Assembly (NCBI GenBank): GCA_951406725.2
Contig: OX597832.1
Span: 66,030,001-66,094,000 of the forward strand
Source: Octopus vulgaris
Lineage: Eukaryota
DNA length: 64,000 bases
Direction of reading: 5' to 3'
The translations under genes were made by a program, and so were the position numbers. Shown piece by piece: positions 24,785-38,780 of this stretch. Every line of letters begins with the position of its first letter. Positions within the stretch are counted from its first letter, which is position 1. The notes beneath the pieces were generated by a model that was not told the DNA's origin, did not search any database, and saw only the letters and a program-made list of their open reading frames with translations.

Positions 24785-25164
24785 ATATTCATTAAAATTT
24801 AATGTTAACAAAACTCGGGATGCGTGGCGTTCATTTACTCAATAAATGAAAAGTGCATCAAATACTAAACAGCGCACACGTTGTGTTTGTTCTACTTGTA
24901 CATTTTGTGGGCATTTAATGCATTTTTTCACTTAAATATATGTTGATATACATTTACATACATACATAAAATTCTACATAAAGCTTGTTGTATCTACTGG
25001 GGATTTGTATTCTGCATATATTTACTGGTATCTTCTTGTTACAAATTGAAACTTCTTCCTTTGTAATGAGTGCCTACTTGATATCTGCCAGAATTTTTTT
25101 TTCCTATTCTCTCTCACATACATATAATACAATAATAGCTATAACAAAATATTATAATAGTCTA

Positions 25165-25211
<47 letters not shown>

Positions 25212-25267
25212 CGTCTCATGAAGCGAGATTTCTATACATCTCAAATTTGCGGAAGAATTTGTGGTGT

Positions 25268-25348
25268 GGGCGATTTAGCTTAATTGGTTGAGAGCACCGC
25301 GACGCGTAATCACGGAGGTGTGAGTTCCAGTCTTATAGCCGGCCACCA
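25268..25348 (+). pseudogene. tRNA-like sequence (anticodon reads CGT, Thr-like) with encoded CCA
   Basis: A box tagcttaattggttgagagc, anticodon arm ccgcga-cgcgtaa-tcacgg, T arm tgagttccagtctta, 3' gccggccACCA followed by T6. The acceptor stem has mismatches. Confidence 0.6.
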
Positions 25349-26226
25349 ACACTTTTTTCTGCAAAATAGGGGTAGCTTATCCTATTCAGGTTATATTGTT
25401 AGCATAATCCTCCCTTTGAGAATTTAAAATCACTTCTTCAACTTTCTAAGACATCTCAACCCTTTTAAAAGCAAACTTCGTTTGTTTACGTGATTCATAA
25501 TTTGTAATTATATATATTATACTCCGATAAAAGAGACATAATGTAAACAAATCACTGAAAAACGATGAGCTGAATACTGAAAGATGATGTTCGGCTATGT
25601 ACATGTGTGTCTATATCCGTGAATGTGTATGTGCAAAAATATGTATTAACACTTCAGGCGGTGAATCTGGAATCAGATAAAGCCATAATATCGTGTAACT
25701 TTGGATAGATATAACTGCAAGCCGCAATCAAAGTTCTTCTCTTGTTAGTCTATTCTTAGCTACAATAGCAATAACATGAATTTCTTCCTTCTTCAGCTCT
25801 GTTGAAATATTTAACAAAAATTATATTAATGTGTCCTACTTGTTAGAATTCCATTTATATATTTGTGCAGCTGAAGATCGCACTGCACTTAAATTGATGT
25901 AATGATTGTATTCTTCAATTAAATGGAGCCGCTTGAATCGGTTGTACTGCATTACTCCTTGATATCCTGTTGTTTATTTTGATTTTTAAACTTGAACTTC
26001 CTCCAGACTTGTATTCTTTATAATTCAAATTTTATTTGTGTATTCGGTGCAGAGTTGCATAGGGACAGTTTAAATAGTCTTGGTCAGGTATTGTACTGAC
26101 ATTTTTCTAGGAATTGTAGAATTGATGTGGATTAACTAATGATAATTCTCACTGACAGCATATTATATTTCTTTTCAGACTTCATTATTGTATTGAAAAT
26201 AGTGTAAGGCATCCCCCCAGATCATA

Positions 26227-26660
26227 ATGGCGTATAATTTCAATAAGAGAGATACACTAAAATTACTCGAAAAACGTCAAATTCGAGAAAAAGTAGATAT
26301 AGGAATTGAAAATAGTGATATATTGGAAGATAATAAGATTGGAAGGCGTACACTGTTCTACGTCCAAAAGAACGGGGAGGAATTATTGAATGCTGTTCTT
26401 CTCTCTGAGAATAGAAGACAAATCAAAAGAAGGACCCTTCATGGACCAAAGCAAGTTGAATTTGATATGATATTACATGAATGGTTTTGTATCGAAGCGA
26501 AATGAAGGCATAGCAATATCGGGACCAATGCTAATTGCTAAAGCAAAGTCCGTTAAGAAAGAGCTGAATATCACGAGGCATATGAAATTCAGCCATGGCT
26601 AGCTTAGGAATTTTAAGAGTAGATGTGGCATACAGCAAGTAACAATTTCAGGTGAACAAC
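26227..26660 (+). mobile_element. Tigger/pogo (CENP-B/Jerky-like) transposase N-terminal HTH pseudogene
   Basis: ...QVEFDMILHEWF, frameshift, then RNEGIAISGPMLIAKAK...KFSHG*LRNFKSRCGIQQVTISGEQ, a typical HTH_Tnp_Tc5 pattern with a stop replacing W. Confidence 0.85.
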
Positions 26661-27179
26661 ATATATATGTATATTCTCTATATTTTTCAAGCATCGTTAT
26701 CAGGTGGTGATTGCTGAATGTTACACACAGTATTCCATTAATATGATTCAACATTTACTGCATATTTTCACATCCTCGGATAACCACAGTTAAAGCACTG
26801 CCGTGTCATCTTTAGTTTCTCCATATATATATGTATATCTAATTATTCATCTATATACATACATACATACATACAGACAGACAGACATATATATATATAT
26901 ATATATATACATATGCATAATATAATATATATATACATATATTTATATTTATATTTATATATATATATATATGTATGTATATATATATATACACACACAG
27001 ATATATATACAGGTGCAGTCAGTTTTTCAAGGTGAGAGGACGTAAACAACTCTGTCTTTCTTCATTTTCTCTGTTTCTGTACCCTTGACGAAGTATTACA
27101 TCCGAAACTATGGAAAGTCCACTCCTTACGACAAGTCTACTCTAACCCTTTCACCTCTCTCTCCCACGCACTCTCTCTT

Positions 27180-27239
<60 letters not shown>

Positions 27240-27241
<2 letters not shown>

Positions 27242-27420
27242 CAGTTCAAATTTACAGAATACAAAATAGGAATACAAATGAAAGAACTAGCAGCTATATT
27301 AATTTAACGCTTGGTAAATATGGAAAAGTCTTATTCGTTTCGATTCTCCCCTCTTCGACAGAATGGATGAAGAAAATATAAACAAAAATGGAAAGAAGAA
27401 AACAAAAACTGTGAGATAAA
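27240..27420 (-). mobile_element. Degenerate copy of the family A-related repeat with CUGUCGA core
   Basis: tattaatttaacgct...aagtcttattcgtttcgattctcccctcttcgacagaa parallels 24478-24548. Confidence 0.55.
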
Positions 27421-29128
27421 AAATGTGTAGATACATATACATTTGGGTGCTTGTCTGTGCGTGTGTGTGGGTCTATGTTGGTGGATGAAATAGTGAGTTA
27501 AACAAAAGACAAAGCATCATTGTTTCGTCAGGCAGTTTCTATCAATAGTTGCATGTGAAATGTGTAAACTTTACTTTGAAATATGAAATAATTTTTAGAG
27601 TTGATTTAACGTTTTAGTAATCCGTTACTATAAACATCACCATGTAATTTTTGAGGTTAAATCATGTAATCCAGGATTCGGTGTGTGTGAATTTTAAATC
27701 AATAATGTATAACAGTGTAAATGTGGTGGTTAAAATAAAATTGAATTACACTGAGACATGTAACGTTACTTCTCATATAACTATGTTGGGAGCAGAGCAC
27801 AAGATTCCTTGAATGTATGTATGTGTGTGTGTGGTTGTATATGATATGTATTAAATAAGTAATATAAATGGAAGCTTAGCTGGAAAAGTTTATTCCAAGA
27901 TATTAGATAAAACACTGTAAAATTTGTTTCCAGTGTTGTCTTCATATAATTACGAGGAATGAAGAAATAAATGAAGAAACAAATGAACGTATAAACCAAC
28001 ATAATTATATGTATAACAAAAATATGAGAAAAGTTTCTGCTAATGTTGTATGGCTTTGTTATGACTGGTTGTATTTCATCAATTCAATAAGAGAAAAACA
28101 AACGTTGCCGATGTCTGAATATTATAAATTGTGATTTTACTTTTGTGATTTAATTTACCTTATGTTGAATATTTAATTAGGCAGAGATTGAACTTTACAT
28201 TCAGCTGTCTTCCGATACAGACATACTTTCACACACGCACGCACACACGCACGCACACACGCACACTCCTCTATGTACATGTGTTTACTTTTATAGACAC
28301 ACACATGTATATATACATATATACATATATATACATATATATATACATACATACATACATATATACAAACATATATATATATATATACATATACATATAC
28401 ATATATATATGTATATATATGCACAAGCACATATATGCATAAATGCATAAATGCGTATATAAATATATGTATATATATATATACAGACATGCACACACAG
28501 ATGTCTATATACTTATGGATGCGAATGTTTGCATTTTTTGTGAGCATCTATAAACACTCTCTCCCTGACCAGCACTAAGCTACATATCTACATTCACTAT
28601 GACAACACACACACACATGCACACACACACACACACACAATATATGTAGGTTCTGTATGGTTGTTGGTATATTCGTCTTTGCGCATAAACTTTGTACATA
28701 ATTTTGCATGTCATATTATGTGGTACTCTAATTATACGAATTATATGGTATACGCATTAATGTTTGCGTGCGTCTGTCCTTGTATGTGTCCGTATCAACC
28801 CATGTGCGTGTCAACGGTTCCAGCTCTATTTGCTGGTGTGTATTTAAATAAAAGCCACCACCATATATCATAGTCAAATTATTTCCTGCTTGCTAGAAGA
28901 AATCTGACGTCAACAGTGAAAGCATTTAAAGTCCTATAGTAACAAATGTGAAACAGATATAAAACTATTGCAATGATTCTCACCAAAAGCAGAAAATAAA
29001 CAACAATACTCACTACAAATGTATTGAGAAAAAATGGCCGAAAATTATTGTTCCAAACTGAGACTTATTGGCTGTGGATTGAATATGAAAATATGTTTTA
29101 TTAAAACCATAGTTCACATATTCTGGTT

Positions 29129-29176
<48 letters not shown>

Positions 29177-29713
29177 TGTGTGTGTGTGTGTATTATCTAT
29201 ATTTATATATACGTATAATTGTATGTGTGTATGTATGTATGTATCTATGTACGTATGGATGTATGTGTGCACGGATGTATGCGTGTATGTATATATATGT
29301 ATGTATGTATCTATCTGTGTGAGTGTGCAAAAATATACGCCCAAAAGTCAAAAATCGTTAAAGATTCAAAGCCGTATACGTCTAAGAATTCATTAATGCA
29401 TTCAAACCGCTAGAAAAAGCAGCCAAATTATCGGCTTGCAATAGTCATTGAAGACGTACAAGCTTAAAGACAGCGAAGTTCATTTTCCCCATCTCAGAAA
29501 ATTATAAGATATATAAAAAAAGTCTTCATGTTCTCTGCCAAAATGTCAACCCAGTGATTCATAAATGGCTTCCAAGTAACAAAAATCAAATACATTTTCA
29601 CCGTCATTTCGTTCCAACTAATCGAATCTAATTAGATTAATCATACTTGTTATTTTAGTATTCGGGAATTTCTTTTTTATTCGATTAACATATATATATA
29701 TATCCATTCATTT

Positions 29714-29795
<82 letters not shown>

Positions 29796-30019
29796 TACAT
29801 ACATTCATTCATACATACTTACATACATAAGTACATACATACATATGATGATTGTAGCGATGGTAACCCGTTGTCCGTGGACGATGGTTCTGAAAATTCT
29901 TCTGATAAATTTGCACAAATGATTTGTTCAGCGCTATCAAATGGTTTGGTTGCACATTAGCTCACACTCGCCCTCAATTCGACGTTGTTTGAAGAGGTTC
30001 ACGTTGTATGTACCACACT

Positions 30020-30160
30020 TCGGGTGTCAGAGTCATCGCAGAGCAATGTGAGATGAGGTGTTTTGATTCAGAACAGACCGTACCACCAGATCTAGGAATT
30101 GATACCATGATCTCGCGATGGTGACCGCAACACTGTAACCTCTAGGCCATGCACCTTCAC
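30020..30160 (-). mobile_element. Degenerate SINE head
   Basis: ...ggaattgatacc...taacctctaggccatgcaccttcac, the reverse complement of A/B-box head. Confidence 0.55.
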
Positions 30161-31214
30161 ACAGCCATACACACATACACGCGCGCGAAACACACACGCA
30201 CACAGAGAAATAAATACATACATATATGTACATAGTGGGAGTGCATACATATGTAGAGGAATATTCCTCTTTATTAACGGCAACGAATGTGTAAACCAAA
30301 ATTTGAAGTATGAATATATGGAAAATAACATGAGTTCTTTGTTGTTTTTTGTTAGCAATATTTGTGCTAACATTTGACAAAAAAACAATTCTTTTTAGTT
30401 CACGTAATAAATAACTATTAATGTCAGTTTTCTTTAAGACGTCATTGATTTGTTTACAATGTTAACAGAGCGGTCACGTTTTGATGGAAACATTATGTCC
30501 TTTAAATATATATATATTTTCTGAGCTTCCTTTAAGTTGTCGAAATCTACCAGTTCATGTATAAGATGGAGCAATACTTCGCTACCGATACGCTAAAATG
30601 TATTGCTGTCTATATAAAGTTTCTTTATGACCAGCGGAATTGCAAAATTACATATATTTGTTTTATTGTTGTTCTTTACAAGTAACTATGTATAGCTATT
30701 TCGGGATATGTTGATACTTATTTTCATGGGATATACGCAAAATGGCGATACTCCAAGCACTCATATATCAGCTTATTTTTAATAGGTTCTGGCACATTTG
30801 AACGTTGATATCGCTGTTGTTTTTCGATATCAGAGAATACGTCCTTCTTCTCTATGTGTTCACAACACACTCGATTCATCGGATGAAGTCGTTGTTGTGA
30901 CCCGGTGGTGTTATCGTCGCGTTGTCTGCCTCTTCCCTCAAAGTTACTCAGCCAGACCGATGAATCTTAAAAGAGCTCGTCAAATACAAGACCGCTCAAA
31001 TTCCCTTTGCTCCAGTGAATCGCATTTGTTACGAACACTCATCGTCTAAATGGATGAGGAGTTCTACGATGACAAAGAACAAACAACGATCAAATATTCA
31101 AATTTAAATCAACCTAATCGTTTTTGAGACTGAAAGGACGCGTTAGAGATAGTCTTGTTTTCTTGAAAAATTACAGATGAAAATCAATCATGATCTTTGC
31201 AGTAATTACATAAA

Positions 31215-31273
<59 letters not shown>

Positions 31274-33782
31274 GATATAGAGAGATAGATAGATATATAC
31301 ACACATATATACATATATATATATGCATGTGTATGTATATATGTTTGTGTTTATGTGTGTATGTATGCATATAAAATTTTACTTTTTTGCGCTATGGCAT
31401 TAACATATATGTTAAGAAATCTGTTCACTCTAACCCATACCTACGAAGCAATGCTCCGTATTTTACAGCCCAAAATGAATGGAATTTGAATTCAGAAATT
31501 TGACTTGTAAGCATTTTCTCGTATGATAATTGATGATTTCTTACAAGTTCCTTAACGAATCAGATTAATAGAAGTATCTCCATCAATCCTAAACTCATAG
31601 TATTTGTAGCTGATTTCGGCATATCAAGAAGTATTAACAGTAAAACCTGCATCAAGATAATCCAGATTTCTAAATTATCTAAATTACCTTACTCTTTCCA
31701 TATAATGATTTATTCCATTGGCTAAAGGTCATATTATCACGGTCGATTATATCAATAACAAATATAGGCTTCGTATTTACTTCATCGAACATAGAACGGT
31801 GAAGCACAACGTCTAAATCACTTGCATTTCGACTGGGAATGGTAACGAATGAATTTACATTCTGTACTTATATATACAGTGATTCCATAAGTGTTCTGTT
31901 ATTCCACTGCCGTTGAATAATGGGAACAATTGTAGCGACTATGAAATTTCATTCTCAGCCCGATAATTAATCTGACATCTAATTGTCTTTCCTAGTTACT
32001 TTAAGTTGTATTTAATTACTTTCTGTAACAATAATTTCAGTGAGAACAAATAATCATTGTCAGATCAGTGATGACTTTAGAAATATTTTGTCCTTTCATA
32101 CTGATAGTTTTAATTTCTATATTCATAGAGCCATGGATTTGTTCACTGCCGATGGATGTTCTTTAGATCAGAAGCGTTGCAACATTTGACAGGGTTATAA
32201 ACGTTGATGCTATATTTGAAGCATTTTCAGCTGATAACAGATGGACATTTATATTCAGCAATTCGTTGTAAAACAGATCTGCCGTTAAAATATTTTCTTC
32301 TTCTGAATGAATGGAAGTAATAATCCACGTGTCATCTATGACTTTCATTTCAATTATATGCGTTAGATATTCACTGCATCAGATACATGACCTTAGGTTA
32401 AGTTTGAAATACTTGCTGTTAGAAGCAGGTGGATATTTATGTTTAACAAATCAATATTCAATATTTTCACTATTAAGAGAAGTGACAAAGTAGAAATATT
32501 TAATTTGTTAAACGGCAAAAATATCGATAGCATATCAGGTATAAGGCTAAGCGTAATGTGAAGCCTGAGGCGGGTTTCATTGATTGATGGTTGAAAAGAT
32601 CTCTAAAAATATAGGAGGGTCTATTGCTTTTTCCATAGCCGGAGACAACAAGGAGTGTGAATATCTGTTATTAATGGAAACTTGTTAAATATTATAAATG
32701 AATGATTTAATAATAAACTGTAATGTTTAATTTTACAAATACTTGCTGTAATAATAACGATGAATGATTTTAATGATTTCCAACCAAGGCCACAGACATT
32801 CGGCCGATAGGACATTCTGTTTTATCCGCCTCAGTATTTCATTGAGATTTATTTAAAAAAAACTCATTGAATAATTAATGATGCTGGGATTTGAACTCTA
32901 ACTCAAACAGATATTTGTGTCCTTAATGCATTTTACTTAGCACTCCACCAACATAGCCCAAACATGAAATGATAGAGCCTATGCTATCCCTTTTCGCCGT
33001 GTTGGCTGGTATCTAAATATACATATTTCTTAATCTAATCATCGAAGTATAATACATAATGTCTTGTAATCGAAACCGTCCACAATATGAGAAAATTACT
33101 GCCTGTAGGAGATTCAGCATCAAATTGAAATGCTGAGTCACTGGCCACAACAAATAGCAAATGAGAAAGTCTGTAGTAGCTGAATCTTCTACACACAGGA
33201 ACCAAATCTCCCTCAAATCTCCGCTACAACAACCTCATTTTCTTGAAAGTGGTTAGTTGACTCAATGCCCTATGTACTAATCTGTTGTGCCGTGAGATAT
33301 AGCTTGTTGAGATATTTGAAAACTTCAGTAACCTTTGCAAACCTTCAAGATCTGGACAGATATTTACGCATGTTCTTCATTCTTGATTGAAGCCTCCTCG
33401 TTTGACAAGCCCAATCGGAGCCTGGTTTAGCCCCTGATATCGCAACCACGACCAGATACTACTAACTAATATAGTTAAAATTCGCTAACCATTAGCTTGC
33501 AATGGATCACGCTTCACTTCAAATGGGTATCTGCAATTAAGACCACCCAAAGTAACTATTTCGCCTTTAACCATCATATATAATAAAGCAGAACCAGCGA
33601 TCTCGTACAAATCATCACGTCAATCCTTCCCCAAAACTTAAGTAATCTGGAATTGTTTTGTTGTTATGATTTTGCATTAGTCAATATTTTATCAAACTGG
33701 TGTCAGCCACATCAGTCTGGGAAGCTACAGAGCTCTACAAAGATGATGAACTAAAGATGTTTCAATCCTTAATATACATTGT

Positions 33783-33993
33783 AACTGGCAGAATCGTCAG
33801 CACGCCGGGCGAAATAATTAGCGGTATTTAGTCTGCCGTTATGTTCTGTGTACAATCCCCGCCGAGGTCGACTTTGCCTTTATCCTTTAAATAAGTACCG
33901 GTTACGCACTGGGTCGATGTAATCGATTTAATCCCTTTGTCTGTCCTTGTTCGTCCCATTTATGTTTAACGCCCAGTTGGCAAAAATAGAGAA
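33783..33993 (+). mobile_element. SINE (family 2)
   Basis: ctggcagaatcgtcagcacgccgggcgaaat...gccgaggtcgactttgcc...aataagtacc; homologous to 42135-42356 and to the reverse of 60342-60474. Confidence 0.85.
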
Positions 33994-34473
33994 TTACATT
34001 TTTTTCTGTGTATTGCGTAATATATCATGCAATGTATTTTTTAAAAATTTAACATAGTAATTTAACTTACCGGGTAGAGGTTTGGTTGTTTGCAAGGGTG
34101 TTTTAGCGGTATTGTTATTGTAGTGCTCGTAGTCATGCTTCGAGTAAATCTAGGAAACAAGGTGTTCCACACATGTTCTTTACAGAAAATATATCAGAAT
34201 GTATTTAACGGTCACAATACTGTAATAGAAAATGTTTTATTAACAACGTAGGATGCGGAAACTGTACGAACACCTTAGCAAGAGCCTCTAAACGATAGGA
34301 ACAACTGTAAGATTCACTCACCTTACTAACGTCTCTTTTAAAAAATTGCAATGGCTTACACTGGGTGGTGTCGACCTTGATATGCAAGTGTATTAGAGTA
34401 GGATTGTCACTAATGAGCAATTTTCATCCAAAATATATTAAACCGGGGCAGAAACGATAATTGCAACGAAAAT

Positions 34474-34536
<63 letters not shown>

Positions 34537-34580
34537 GACTACTACTACTACTAAAACTACTACTACTACTACCACTACTA
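34474..34580. repeat. (CTA)n microsatellite
   Basis: Direct reading. Confidence 0.95.
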
Positions 34581-35086
34581 AAATGGTAAGATTGTAATGC
34601 TAACAATTGTGCTCTTACGCTAAAGCTCTATGTACTGGAAATATTAAAACATTCTCTCATCTGACATTCTGTCGTGTAATGGAAATAGGAGGAACCTCAG
34701 CGGATAACGCTCTCTTATATTTATGTAACATAGCGATGATCATTCTGGAGAAAGCCTTTGATGATAGGAATGCTAATCCAGGGATGAGCTAGGAGGAACT
34801 AGCAGCAACGATAATCATATACGGAAGAATTATCAACTTGAACCCATTTGATCAGTGCTGGATTGCACATTATGTGAGCAGTGCAACAGGAAAGGTCTTC
34901 TGTATTTAATGTATATGATCTGTAGCATTATAATTTCTTCACACATTGCTTTCTGTCTCTCTCCTCTCTCAATCTTAAATAGATAATAAATAGTAAACGG
35001 TACAGCAGATAAGTCAATTTCCTAATACGCCCTTAGTCACTCTTTCTCTCTCTCTGTCACCCCTCTCTCTCCTCTATCTCTTTCTG

Positions 35087-35137
<51 letters not shown>

Positions 35138-35648
35138 GTGTGTGTATGTGTGTATTTGATTTACTTCACAGCTAATAAAATGACACAAAGTTCCACTAGG
35201 TTAACATATCTATCTCCTTAATTCCATAATCAGGTGTGGTAAATTTTAAAACGGATTTTCATTCTTATGCGGCAATAATCAACTCGCTACTTATGAATAA
35301 AATTCCCATTCACAACAATGGCTTGGCTTAAAATATGAGTTTGCACATAGAATATTATACCGTCATAAATTCATAGATAAAATGCCGTATGGTGAGGGTA
35401 TTTTCTGTATACAGAAGTTATCTAAATGTAAACCATGACTGCAAATACAAATATAGATGGATCGGTTTTTCTCTGCTTATCTTTCACTTTCTCTCCTCTT
35501 TCTTTATTTCACCCTCTCTTTGTCACTCTATATCCGTAAATGTATATTCATACGTACACTCATTCATACATACATGCATACACACCTATATATATATATA
35601 TACTTGCAAGCATATATATATTCTTATATATATATGTATGACTGTATG

Positions 35649-35703
<55 letters not shown>

Positions 35704-36189
35704 AATGTGCTGGCCATAAATAGGAAAAATAGGAATAAGCGATGCACTTTGTAAATAAAACTGAGTCTATTGTAAGAAGCACAATGCATTGATTTTCGAA
35801 TATGAATGATCAACTGTTTGGTGTATTAGCGATTACAATAGAGACTCTATGAACCATATCGAAATCCATTTATTTATTGCAGGCTGTCAAAACATTTATT
35901 TACATATGCGATATTCCGGAAAACTGACTGTGTGATATAAATAAAGATATTTTGTCATTCGTTTCGGAATTCTCTCTGCCGTTGTAAATATTCTCAACAC
36001 GTTTGTATTGCCCAAAGGAATCATATTTACTCATTTCGTAGACTTAGTAACCAGGTTATTGCTTAACAGTCAATGAACATTTGCGTTTGTATGTTACTAT
36101 ATTTGTGTTCGAGGTCTCTTTGTTCATATACATCATTGCGTATTAAGCGGCTCTTCTGTATTTGAGGAGCATATCCATAACAAAATTAC

Positions 36190-36460
36190 CCGCAACATGT
36201 TCAGTTTGATATTTGCAATTGTAACGAGATTGCATTACTTATTAAATTCCTTTAACCATACACGTGTGTTACAAGCCAACATGGCTGACTTATTTTAACG
36301 AATTATTTTTCAGAAAGCCTCTAAGCACTTGAAATAACTGCATGATATTCGGTTATATAACAGCAATTGTATTACATATTACATTTCTTTAATCATGCCC
36401 GTGTTTGCGTGTGTGACAAGCCAATATGGATGAGTTATTTTTAACGGAATATTTTTCCAT
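36190..36460. repeat. Diverged ~147-bp tandem duplication
   Basis: gcaattgt...cgtgtgttacaagccaacatggctgacttattttaacg versus gcaattgt...gtgtgtgacaagccaatatggatgagttatttttaacg. Confidence 0.65.
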
Positions 36461-37220
36461 ATTCTCTGCAACTCAAGCAGGTCAATAAGATCTGAACTGG
36501 TAAAGATTGAAGAATGAATATATTAAAGTGGTGGTAGTGTGTGTGTACGTAGGAGGTAATATTGATTTGAAACAAGTAGTGAGCCTCTGTTGAGAAGGGT
36601 GGTTTTGTGAATTAAATCGAACACAGTATATCACAGGTTCTTTATAAAAGCGGGAAACGAAATACCGAAATTAATTTCGCTCCAACTCAGAAATAGCTTG
36701 TAGGATGTATAGAAATATTGATACCTACATTTGGCTGGATTCTGTATAACTTTTGGCAGGTTAAGCTCAATAATATGAAACATCTTGCTATTTCACTGTT
36801 ATATTACATTCTCAACTATGCAACTAACAGTAAGAAAGTCAACACCGGAAGAATTTGTCCTTCATGAATGTTTACCCCAATGCTACCGACTTTGATAAGT
36901 CGCCACACGAATCAAGTTGCGAAATTTGATTTTAATATTGAAGCAACACATTAAATAAAATTTAAGTGAACAAAAACAAAACAAACAAAAAAGAACTAAC
37001 CTAAAATGGATACAATTTAGATTTGTCTATAATTATTTTATCGTTTTGCAGATAATGAAAATAAGTTGACGTTACTACTTTACATGGCTTGGAAAGGTTA
37101 TGAAAAAATGCTTCTGTGCTTTAGATAATTCATTAAATTTGTATGTCAGTATATGTATACAATCACTACAAAGTTTCATCTGACATAGTCATTAAATAAC
37201 ATCCATCTCAGAATCAGGAA

Positions 37221-37310
<90 letters not shown>

Positions 37311-37342
37311 CAGCACATGTGACCCTTTTTAGATAATTATTC

Positions 37343-37429
37343 ACCCTGAAGAAGGAGGAGATGTCCAAAACGGATGTAAATATCTTTCACATGACAGGAC
37401 AACCGTACCCCCAGAAACAGCAGTAGGAT
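37343..37429 (+). ncRNA. Hammerhead-like motif with long stem II, partly degenerate
   Basis: acc-CUGAAGA-aggagg...accccca-GAAA-cagcag-UA-ggau, about 40 nt downstream of an ~80-nt (TA)n tract. Confidence 0.45.
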
Positions 37430-37752
37430 TATTAACTGGATTAGTAATACCCAAACTTTTTATCTTTTAGACTGTTAATTCTTTTTGTTAATTCGTATTA
37501 TAATCTGTAAGTCGACCGATATATGTATTTATGTTTCAATATATTTTTGATGTATATACTTATATAATTATATATTTTTATATGTATATTTTTAATGCAT
37601 TGATTACTCTATATATTCTTATATGTCTATATATTTTTGATGTGTTTGATGTATTGAATATACTTTCGAAGAAATTCATGCATGTTGTGTCTCGCTGAAC
37701 AAATATAAATGTATAGGTGTTCTTGATTTGCGCTACTTTAATTCTTCTACAT

Positions 37753-37784
<32 letters not shown>

Positions 37785-37984
37785 CATACACACATAATAC
37801 ATACATACATACAAAAGGAATCCCTTTTCCTCTGTACCGTCTAGGGAAATGCGTGGAACGTAGTCGAGAACAATGATGAACAAGAAAAGAGCGAGTGTGT
37901 CACTCTGCAGAACACCTACTTCAGCTTCAAAGAAATCAGTCTGTCTATCACGAAATATAACTCTAGTAGTGGTGTTTTGTGTAC

Positions 37985-38780
37985 ACTATTAACAATCCTG
38001 AGAGGAATACCATAAAGTGCAAGGATTTTGAACATAAGATATCTGCTGATGGAACCAAATGCTTTGCAAAAGTCGACAAAACAGATTCTGACGCTCTTGT
38101 TAAACTTTTTCATTTCTTCCAGTTGCAACGGATGGAGAGGATTTGAGCAGTTGTTGACCGGCCCTTCTAAATCCATTCTGCTTCTTACGAAGAAGTGGAT
38201 CGAGCATAGGCATAATGCTATTAAGCAGAAGTTTGTTATAAACTGTTGCTGCAACTGGGATCAAATTAATGCCTCTATAATTTGATGTACTTCCTACATA
38301 ACCTTTTAGGGACAGGGACAATTCCCCACTTCAGTCAAGCTGATAGAGGCAAATGGTGTGCATATGTGTCGTTACAGAAACCTAATAAGGTTTCCTGCAA
38401 TATTGGATCTTTCTACAGTAATGTTGGTATGTTATCGAGTCCTGGAGATTTATCGTTAGCAAAACTACTGAGAGATACTTTGAACTGATCCAATGTGAAA
38501 ATGTCCGTGTTGATGTCTAATATATTAGGCAGTTGGTGTAGAGGAAGTGGAAGATCGCCAGGTTGTGGTGGTTCTCCAAGAGATTTCTGAAAGTAGTCAA
38601 AACATTTGGCCTTGCACTTCTCTGAGGAACCACCTTTAAGCGATATGGAGGGCTAAAATTTTCTTCCAGTTAGTGTGTTTATTAATTTCAATACTGCAGC
38701 ATGTTCTTTGCAGTATGCAAGTTTGCAATTTCGTTATGCTCAGCCAGAATGTAATCTGCTTCTACACTAGAATACATCTC
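37985..38780 (-). mobile_element. RTE/RTE-X-like LINE reverse transcriptase remnant (frameshifted)
   Basis: NDKSPGLDNIP, IVPVPK.GYVGSTSNYRGINLIPVAATVYNKLLLNSI..LDPLLRKKQNGFR, ICFVDFCKAFGSISRYLMFKILALYGIP. Confidence 0.9.

Noticed and set aside
30798-31130. GC-richer complex stretch with an 83-aa ORF and a 10-bp inverted ccgatgaatc
   Set aside because: No recognisable protein motif or complete RNA fold; unresolved.
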